From Longimicrobiales bacterium (lineage in GTDB: Bacteria; Gemmatimonadota; Gemmatimonadetes; Longimicrobiales; Gaopeijiaceae): a stretch of 64,000 nucleotides of DNA. Location of the stretch: assembly GCA_965249725.1 (NCBI GenBank), contig OZ252251.1:96001-160000 (forward strand). The letters are read 5' to 3'. Below the pieces are notes generated by a model that saw only the letters and a program-made list of their open reading frames with translations, was not told where the DNA came from and searched no databases. Shown here one piece after another: positions 57,029 through 64,000 of the stretch. Positions within the stretch are counted from its first letter, which is position 1, and each line of letters opens with the position of its first letter. Made by a program: the position numbers and the translations under genes.

Positions 57029-58559
57029 CGTGGTCCTCCAATCGTCTCCGCTGCCACCGGGACAGCGATTCGAAACCCAGCAGCGCCAGCAAGGAAAGCG
57101 TCACGCTGGCGGCTACGAGCGTCCAGGTGGCGGTGCGGCCCGAGGGGGACTCCAGGAGCGAGTAGACGGCGAGCGCGATCGTGCGTGTCTCGCCCTCGAG
57201 GTTTCCGGCCAGTACCACCGTCGCCCCGAACTCCCCCAAGGCTCGAGCAAACGCCAGCACGGCCCCCGCCGCGATGCCCGGCAGGGCCAGGGGCAGGGAA
57301 ATCCTGCGAAACGTGGGTGCCCTCGGCACACCCAGTGTCCACGAGACCTCCTCGAAGCGCCGGTCCACGGTCTCGAACGCACCTCGGATCGCCATGACAT
57401 ACAGGGGAAAGCCGACGACGAGGGCCGCCAGGACCGCGCCCAGGACGGTGAAGGGTACGGGTAGTCCGATGGCATCGAGCAGCCCCCCCAGCATCGATTG
57501 TCGGCCCAGAGCGCCGAGCAGAAGAAAGCCTGTGACCACGGGCGGAATGACCAGAGGTGCCATGAAGAGCATGGAGACGAACGTCTTGCCCCTGAAGTCG
57601 CGCCGCGCCAACAACCACCCCACGGCCACGGCCGGCACGAGCCCCAGAATCACCGCCCCGAGGGCGACGATCAGGGAGAGGCGGACGGCGGCCCAGGGGT
57701 CCAAGACAAAGGCCGACTCCGGTCTCTGAGCAACGGGTGCAAACAGCCCCGACCCGTTCTCGTCTCCGAAGCCCGATGCCGCGAAAATCGACGCGGCATC
57801 CGGCCCCTGCAAGAAAGCCAAGAAGGCCTCGGCCGCCCCTGCGCTGCTCGTGCCGGCGACCACCGCCCCCGGATACACCACGGTGGGCGATCCCCCTCGG
57901 GGGAACTCGAACGCGACCCTGACCCGACTCTCGGCCAGGGCGTCGCTTCGGTACACGATGCCTCCGTCGGCCTCGCCCCGGGCCACCCACTCCAACGCGC
58001 CCCGGACGCTCCCACCCCGGACGATCCGGCCCTGCACGGCCTCCCAGAGGCCGGCGGACTCCAGGGCTGCCTTCGCATAGCGCCCGGCCGGAACGTCTTC
58101 GCCGGCCAGAGCGATCCTGTCGAGGTCCGGATCTTCCAGATCCCGGACTTCACGCGGCCCGAAGGCGGTCCCCGGCGGTACGACGAACACCAGGCGGTTC
58201 GTCACCACCGGGCGAACCGACGCCGCATCCACGGTGCCGTTCTCCTCGAGCCAACGCATCCAATCGACGTCGGCCGAGATGAACACATCCGCGGGCGCGC
58301 CACGGAACAGTTGGGGCGCCAGACGGGACGTCGCGTCGAAGCTGAGACGTACGGGAGGTCCACCAGCGCGCTCCCAGGCTCGCGCTACCTCCGGGAGTAC
58401 GTCTTGAAGACTCGAAGCGGCCAGAACGGCGAGATGTGGCTCCTGGGGGCTCACGCAGTCGGGTGACGGAATGCCCCAGCACGGTAGAGGGGCAGCCGAA
58501 AGCCCCTGAATCGCCCATAGCTGGACAGCTACGGCCCATCGGAGACATTGTTTAGTCAT
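57018..58559 (-). CDS. modAB: Fused molybdate-binding protein and permease (ModA-ModB)
   Basis: AASSL, ADVFISA, VPAGRYA, VY.SDA (ModA); P.VIPPVVTG, FARALGEFGAT (ModB); single frame. Confidence 0.85.
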   Translation of the reverse strand: MTKQCLRWAVAVQLWAIQGLSAAPLPCWGIPSPDCVSPQEPHLAVLAASSLQDVLPEVARAWERAGGPPVRLSFDATSRLAPQLFRGAPADVFISADVDWMRWLEENGTVDAASVRPVVTNRLVFVVPPGTAFGPREVRDLEDPDLDRIALAGEDVPAGRYAKAALESAGLWEAVQGRIVRGGSVRGALEWVARGEADGGIVYRSDALAESRVRVAFEFPRGGSPTVVYPGAVVAGTSSAGAAEAFLAFLQGPDAASIFAASGFGDENGSGLFAPVAQRPESAFVLDPWAAVRLSLIVALGAVILGLVPAVAVGWLLARRDFRGKTFVSMLFMAPLVIPPVVTGFLLLGALGRQSMLGGLLDAIGLPVPFTVLGAVLAALVVGFPLYVMAIRGAFETVDRRFEEVSWTLGVPRAPTFRRISLPLALPGIAAGAVLAFARALGEFGATVVLAGNLEGETRTIALAVYSLLESPSGRTATWTLVAASVTLSLLALLGFESLSRWQRRRLEDHGGR

Positions 58560-58685
58560 AGGCAGTCGGCAGGTTAGGCATCCCCTCAGGTACCGGCAAG
58601 GACGCGCCGGAGGCTTCCGCTGGGTATGGTTCTTCAAAGCGAACACCTCGATGGCTGAGCGGCTCCCTCCGCTTCGACTCGCACC

Positions 58686-60446
58686 GTGACCACCGCCCTA
58701 CTTCTCGTGGCTGTGGCCTTGGCGCTCACCGCCGGCTGGGCTCTCATCCAGCTCGCCGAGGCGTCAAGCGGTCCGCCTGCCCCCGCGGGAGGCGACCTCA
58801 TGGTCCTGGAGCACTCGCCGGTCGGGGCGCTCCTGCTCGATCCGGCTCTACGCATCACCTGGGCCAATGACACCTTCTGTCGCTTCTTCGGGCTGACCCG
58901 GGCCGAGGTCGTGGGCCAGAAGATGCCCGACCTGATCCGGGCCAAGTTGAAGGCCGCGGTAGCGGAGCCGCCCGCGTTCGAGTCCGGGCTGCTGACCGCG
59001 TACGCCCCGGGCGGTACCCCCACGCCACTCGAGATCCACGTGATCCCTCAGGGCACGCGGCAGCATCGCTGGCTCGAGCATCTGAGCCACGTAATCCGGC
59101 AGGGCCCTCTCGAGGGGAGCCGGATCGAGTACTTCGTAAACGTGACCCCGCTCAAACACGTCGCTCTCCACCAACAGGCCGAGGTGCGTCGTCGAGAGGA
59201 GCTCAACAGGGCCCTCGTGGATCTGTCCAGACAGCGAACCCTCGGCAGGGGGGACCGCAAGACGGCCCTGCGAGCAGCGTCGAAGGCAGCAGCGACCACC
59301 CTCGGGGTGGCACACGCGGAACTCTGGCTGCTCTCCGGCGAGCGCGACCGGTGGACCCTCGACCACTATTTCGACCTGGCGACGAAGCGACACAAGACCA
59401 CGGCTCACGAGGTGAAGGCCTCGGACGCAGAGGAGTATTTCGGGGTGATCGAGGAGGTCCGCGTCCTCACCGTGTCCGATGCGAAACACGACCCGAGGAG
59501 CAGGGGGCTCGTGGGCCAGGGCGTTCTGGAACCGGTGGCCGGCTCACGCCTCGACGTACCCGTCCGCGTCCATGGCAAGGTGGTCGGTACCTTGGTCCTC
59601 GCCGACCATGGCGCCCGGACCTGGACGTCCGAGGAGGAGCAGTTCGCGGCGTCTCTAGGGGACCGGTGTTCGCTGATTCTCGAATCGACCGAGGGAAGGG
59701 AGGTCTCGCCTCCAGTCGCTCGACCCGGTCCGATTCTGGACTCCGATCCCATGGACGGCTTCGTTCACCTCGACGAGGACCTGTGTTTCACTTACCTGAA
59801 CCCGACGGTGCTGCAGTGGCTCGCGGACCGCGGTCATGACGGCACAGCTCTGGTGGGTACCGGCCTCGTGGAGTCCCTCCGTGGCGTAGAGGACACATCG
59901 GTGATCGCCGAAGTGCGGAAGGCGGCCAGGGGCGGGGGCCGCGCGCGTCTCAGGCGTCAAGTCGAATCCGACGGCCCGTGGCTCGACGTCTACATCAATC
60001 CCGTTGAGGACGGTGTGTCGGTCACCCTGCAGAACAAGACGCGCCGCCACGAGAAGGAGGCGGAGCGTTCGCTGTTGGAGTCCGAAACGCGCTTCCGCTC
60101 CCTGGTGGAGTCCCTCGGTGAGGGACTCGTCATCACCGACCTACAAGACCGCATCGTCTACGTGAATCCCCGCGTCACGGAGCTTACGGGACATCGGCCG
60201 GAGGATCTCACGGGACGAAGCGCTCAAGAACTCCTCTTCGACACGAAGAACTGGCAGAACGCCCCGGTGCGGATGGCAGCTCGCAAGGATCGGAAGCGCA
60301 AGCAGTACCTCGCTCCGCTCCTCCACAAAGACGGTCACTCCGTCGACGTAGAGGTCATCTCGAGCCCCCTACGCAATGCCGACGGGGACGTGACCGGCGT
60401 CGTCGATGCCGTCACCGACGTCTCGAGCCGACCGGCCCAGGAGTAG
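58686..60446 (+). CDS. Membrane-anchored PAS-GAF-PAS-PAS protein without output domain
   Basis: N-terminal TM; WAND.FC, DVPVRVHGKVVG..RTWT.EE, FTYLN, IVYVN...HKDG. Confidence 0.8.
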   Translation: MTTALLLVAVALALTAGWALIQLAEASSGPPAPAGGDLMVLEHSPVGALLLDPALRITWANDTFCRFFGLTRAEVVGQKMPDLIRAKLKAAVAEPPAFESGLLTAYAPGGTPTPLEIHVIPQGTRQHRWLEHLSHVIRQGPLEGSRIEYFVNVTPLKHVALHQQAEVRRREELNRALVDLSRQRTLGRGDRKTALRAASKAAATTLGVAHAELWLLSGERDRWTLDHYFDLATKRHKTTAHEVKASDAEEYFGVIEEVRVLTVSDAKHDPRSRGLVGQGVLEPVAGSRLDVPVRVHGKVVGTLVLADHGARTWTSEEEQFAASLGDRCSLILESTEGREVSPPVARPGPILDSDPMDGFVHLDEDLCFTYLNPTVLQWLADRGHDGTALVGTGLVESLRGVEDTSVIAEVRKAARGGGRARLRRQVESDGPWLDVYINPVEDGVSVTLQNKTRRHEKEAERSLLESETRFRSLVESLGEGLVITDLQDRIVYVNPRVTELTGHRPEDLTGRSAQELLFDTKNWQNAPVRMAARKDRKRKQYLAPLLHKDGHSVDVEVISSPLRNADGDVTGVVDAVTDVSSRPAQE

Positions 60447-60575
60447 CGAAACTGACGGTCGCCGAATCGGTTATCGAAGCGCGCTCATACGAGCTCGACT
60501 CCTTCGGGCACGTCAATCACGCGAAGCCCTGAGCGAGATCGAGTAACCTCCCGGTCCTCAGCCCCCGTTCGGCTC

Positions 60576-61715
60576 TCAGCCCCCGTTGGGCCGGTAGCGG
60601 AAGAGGACGGTCACTCCGTATCGCTCGTAGTACTGCTCACCCACATCCGTCTCCGCGCGTGTCCAACCCAACTGGAGCGCGGCGTCGAGATTGACCGCCA
60701 CAGGCCGACTCAGAGTCAGGTAGGCCTGGGAGGCATTGTCGGCCTCCTCGCCAGGCACCAGTCTCACGAACTCGGTCTCGAACAGGTAGCTCTTGCCCGT
60801 CGCCACTACGAAGGCGTCGGCAATGATGGACCAGGGCAGGGGGTAGGTGATCTGCCCTCGTACGGAGAGAGCGTCGTACTCCGGTCGTCTGGAGTTGGAC
60901 CGGTTCCGCGTCCCCTCGACTCCCAGATCGACGAGGAGTGCATCGCCCAAGTACGTCCAGGTGGCGCCCATCTTGACGGTGTGGTCCCGGCGGAACGGAT
61001 CATCGGGAACGAAGCTGCCCTGTTGCGGATACTTCGAACGTTCGAACTCTCCGAAGACCCGCAGCCGCCAGTCGTGCCGAGTCTGCCAGTTGACACCCAG
61101 CTCGGCGGACGCTCCGCGCCGATCGAGAAGGTCCAACTGGGGCACAAGATCGACTCGTTGGAAGTTCTCTATCTGGCCGGTCACCCCCAGATCGAACGAC
61201 AGTCCATTTGCGGCCACATACTGTACGAGCCCACCCCCGGTCCACTGGTTGTAGCCCGGCTGGAGGAAGAGCGGCATAGGTGGCCGATCTTCGACCGTAC
61301 GCCCCTTGAACCTACCAACGAGGACCAGGCTACCCCATCCCTGGAGCGCCCGTGAGTAGTTCGCGTCGATGCTCCCGACCCACTCCCTCGGCGCGTAATC
61401 CCGAATCTTGAACCCGGTTGCCGCGAACTGGCGGAGTCCCGCGTCCACCGTGACGTCGAGCAGGCTCCGCTCACTTCCGGGCAGCAGCTGCATCTCCAAT
61501 CGAGTCGAGAACTGACCCACGGCCGCCGCCGCGTCGCTGATGCTGTCCACCACCGGGAGCGTCACGGCCGAGAGGTTGCCCGAGTAGCCTTCGCCGGCCA
61601 ACCCGCCCGTGACCACGAGGTCGCGAATCACCTGTCCGGCCGCCGGCGCCACGGAGACCAGCGGCACGGCGAAGGCCCCGAGGGCAGCCAAGAAGAGCGA
61701 AGCGCGAATCTTCAT
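60576..61715 (-). CDS. Probable outer-membrane beta-barrel protein
   Basis: Signal peptide; alternating amphipathic strands; ends YGVTVLFRYRP. Confidence 0.6.
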   Translation of the reverse strand: MKIRASLFLAALGAFAVPLVSVAPAAGQVIRDLVVTGGLAGEGYSGNLSAVTLPVVDSISDAAAAVGQFSTRLEMQLLPGSERSLLDVTVDAGLRQFAATGFKIRDYAPREWVGSIDANYSRALQGWGSLVLVGRFKGRTVEDRPPMPLFLQPGYNQWTGGGLVQYVAANGLSFDLGVTGQIENFQRVDLVPQLDLLDRRGASAELGVNWQTRHDWRLRVFGEFERSKYPQQGSFVPDDPFRRDHTVKMGATWTYLGDALLVDLGVEGTRNRSNSRRPEYDALSVRGQITYPLPWSIIADAFVVATGKSYLFETEFVRLVPGEEADNASQAYLTLSRPVAVNLDAALQLGWTRAETDVGEQYYERYGVTVLFRYRPNGG

Positions 61716-62656
61716 CAGGCGTCCTCCCCCGCAACGTTGCGGAAGCTCGTCGCCCTGGCCGTCAGTTGGTCCCGGAAGCCCACCAGATCCCCACGGAGCC
61801 GTTCGAGCCCGCGGATCTGATCTTCGAGCGTGCGCGGTCGCTGGGTCGCGGTCGAGTCACCCGTCGTCACCCCCACAACCGGGGCCGGATCGGGGCTACG
61901 GCCAGCCGGTCCCACGGGGAGGCGGTTGTCGTCGAACCGCCCCAACTCCGAGAGGTTGTCGCGACGGCTTCGATTGAACCGTTCCCGCTCTCCCAGGGTG
62001 CGGAGCTGTTCGTCGATGTCCGCGATGTTGTCGTTCGCCTGCCGGGCCCTGTGCTCCAGGAGCTCCGCTTTGGCGAGAATGTCGTCCGGCCCGTCGATCG
62101 GATCGATCGTGATGGACGACAACGCCACAGCCTGCACCACCATCGTGCCTTCTCGCACCAGCTGGTCGCGCTCGACCTCCAGGTCTCCCACGATGGCGTT
62201 GATTCCACGGTAGGTCACCGCACTCGCAGTGTCCGCAGCCACGACGAGGCGTTCGATTTCTTGGTCGAGGACGGCCGCGAGGAGCCCCCCGGCGTCCTGG
62301 GCCGCCTGGACTCGCTCTTCATAGCGCTCCGCCGCCGTACTCCGGGCGTCCGCAAGAGCCTCGGCACGCACGAACCACCTGGTACGTCCCGCCTCGTCAC
62401 CCCCGGTGCGGGCCGCAGCGATGGAGTCCATCACTTCGGTCCATTGGCCATCACGGGCCTCGAGGGCGAAGCGGGCCGCCTCCGCCTCACTCACGGCGGA
62501 CTGATAGTCGAGACGAATCTGCGACAGGTTAGGTGGGGTTTGTCCTGAAAGACCTGCTGGGAGCATCGCACAGGCGCACAGAACCGCCAGCGCCGCGAAC
62601 GTCAATTGAACCCGGGGCGTCCTGTGCTCCGTGCGATGCGAAGGCTGGGTGGTCAC
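61715..62656 (-). CDS. Secreted coiled-coil hypothetical protein
   Basis: Signal peptide, long helical stretches; coupled to both neighbours. Confidence 0.65.
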   Translation of the reverse strand: MTTQPSHRTEHRTPRVQLTFAALAVLCACAMLPAGLSGQTPPNLSQIRLDYQSAVSEAEAARFALEARDGQWTEVMDSIAAARTGGDEAGRTRWFVRAEALADARSTAAERYEERVQAAQDAGGLLAAVLDQEIERLVVAADTASAVTYRGINAIVGDLEVERDQLVREGTMVVQAVALSSITIDPIDGPDDILAKAELLEHRARQANDNIADIDEQLRTLGERERFNRSRRDNLSELGRFDDNRLPVGPAGRSPDPAPVVGVTTGDSTATQRPRTLEDQIRGLERLRGDLVGFRDQLTARATSFRNVAGEDA

Positions 62657-64000
62657 GCCTCTATCCCGTACTTTTCCAACTTGTAGTAGAACGCGCTGGA
62701 CTTCAGTCCGAGAAGTCTCGCTGCCTCCGCCTTTACACCGTGGGCCCTTTCGAGAGCCCGTCGGAGCATCTGCTCCTCCATGGTCTCGACCATGTCGTTC
62801 AGGTCCATGCCCGTCTCGGGAAGCTTCGCATCCGGGAAGGTCGCAAAGGTCTCGGCGGCGCCTTGGGGGAGCGGGATGTCGTCCGGCTCCAGCATTTCTC
62901 CTTCGGCCAGGACCAGTGCCCGCTCCATGACGTTCTCCAGCTCCCTCACGTTCCCCGGCCAGTGGTAGGACGACAGCTTGGCCATCGCGTTCATGCTCAC
63001 CGATTGCACGGCGGACCGGGTCCGCTCATGGAGCTTCTCGATGAAGTACTGAACCAACAGAGGCACGTCGGACATGCGGTCCCGCAGCGGCGGGATCGTC
63101 AGGGGCACCACGTGAAGGCGATAGAACAGGTCTTCGCGAAATCCGTGGGACTCGACGAGGTCTTCCAACGGGACGTTCGTCGCGACGATGATGCGCACGT
63201 CGACGCTGATCGTCTCTTCTCCACCCACCCGCTCCAACTCGCGCTCCTGCAGCACACGCAGGAGCCTTATCTGGGTCGCCTGGGCGATGGTGGAGATCTC
63301 GTCCAGGAAGAGCGTGCCGCCGTCGGCCAGCTCGAAGCGTCCGCGGCGCTGCCTCTCGGCCCCGGTGAACGCTCCCTTCTCGTGTCCGAAGAGTTCGGAG
63401 TCGAGCAGGCCCTCCGTGAGCGCCCCGCAGTTCACGCGAACGAAGGGCCCGTCCGCGCGCTGCGATCGAGCATGGATCGCACGGGCCACGAGTTCCTTTC
63501 CAGTGCCCGATTCTCCGTAGACCATGACCGTCGAATCGCTTCGGGCGACGCGGTCCACCATGCGGAAGACGTCTTCCATGGGAGCAGAGGCGCCCACCAT
63601 CTCGCCATAGCGAGCTTCCGCTTCCTCTCGCAGGTAGGCGTTTTCGACCCGGAGCGTCTCGTTCTCTCGGCGGAGTCGCAGTCGCTCCGCCCGGTCGCTC
63701 AGGATCCGGTCCACCTTGGCGCCGAACTCCTCTGAAGAGAACGGCTTGGTGATGAAGTCGACCGCCCCGTATTTCATGGCCGCTACCGCCTCTTCGATGG
63801 TGCCGAAGGCCGTGATGACCATCACCTCCGAGTCCGGGGACAACTCGCGCACGCGCTGAAGCACCTGGAGGCCATCCATCTTGGCCATCTTGAGGTCCGT
63901 AATCACCAGGTCGGCGCCCTCTTCCTGAAGGAGCTCGATCCCGCCCTCGCCATCCTGGGCCACCGACGTACGATGCCCACGCTTCCGCAGAAGGAGTTCG
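62653..64000 (-). CDS. Sigma-54-dependent response regulator, NtrC family (5'-partial)
   Basis: Receiver TDLKM/KPF; GESGTGKE, GAFTGA, FLDE, WPGNVRELEN; Fis HTH. Confidence 0.95.
   Translation of the reverse strand, partial: ELLLRKRGHRTSVAQDGEGGIELLQEEGADLVITDLKMAKMDGLQVLQRVRELSPDSEVMVITAFGTIEEAVAAMKYGAVDFITKPFSSEEFGAKVDRILSDRAERLRLRRENETLRVENAYLREEAEARYGEMVGASAPMEDVFRMVDRVARSDSTVMVYGESGTGKELVARAIHARSQRADGPFVRVNCGALTEGLLDSELFGHEKGAFTGAERQRRGRFELADGGTLFLDEISTIAQATQIRLLRVLQERELERVGGEETISVDVRIIVATNVPLEDLVESHGFREDLFYRLHVVPLTIPPLRDRMSDVPLLVQYFIEKLHERTRSAVQSVSMNAMAKLSSYHWPGNVRELENVMERALVLAEGEMLEPDDIPLPQGAAETFATFPDAKLPETGMDLNDMVETMEEQMLRRALERAHGVKAEAARLLGLKSSAFYYKLEKYGIEA

Overview
GC-rich bacterial chromosome segment. 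The Ser/Thr kinase-PD40 protein, the TolB-like/TPR proteins and the overall gene style suggest Gemmatimonadota (inference). Core content: end of a SUF operon (sufD, Rieske ferredoxin, sufS, sufU) plus ogt, a FadI-type thiolase, a 4-hydroxybenzoyl-CoA-reductase-like molybdoenzyme operon, bacillithiol-type genes, ferredoxin, PduO, CcdA/DsbA, tRNA-Asn(GTT), a serine-palmitoyltransferase-like/ADC/lipid-kinase operon, a molybdate ABC transporter and an NtrC-family regulator. Accessory patches at about 3.4-8, 15-19.8 and 36.5-46.7 kb carry a VapBC system, a possible PolB-like mobile-element remnant, aac(6') and a Cys-rich MarR-ArsM arsenic unit. The best candidate for an undescribed system is a minus-strand module at 48.8-51.2 kb: a protein of unknown function, a leader with five AGCGGA repeats and a hairpin, an unannotated 28-aa hydrophobic peptide ending in Trp behind a perfect Shine-Dalgarno, and a multi-pass membrane HD-GYP phosphodiesterase, all divergent from a polysaccharide-export lipoprotein. 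Other oddities: HcrA fused in frame to a lipoprotein DUF1460-like amidase, a ModA-ModB fusion, an in-frame amber codon in a hydrolase, four single-base frameshifts (possibly assembly errors) and several 12-15 bp tandem repeats. All family assignments come from motif recognition by eye; no searches were run.
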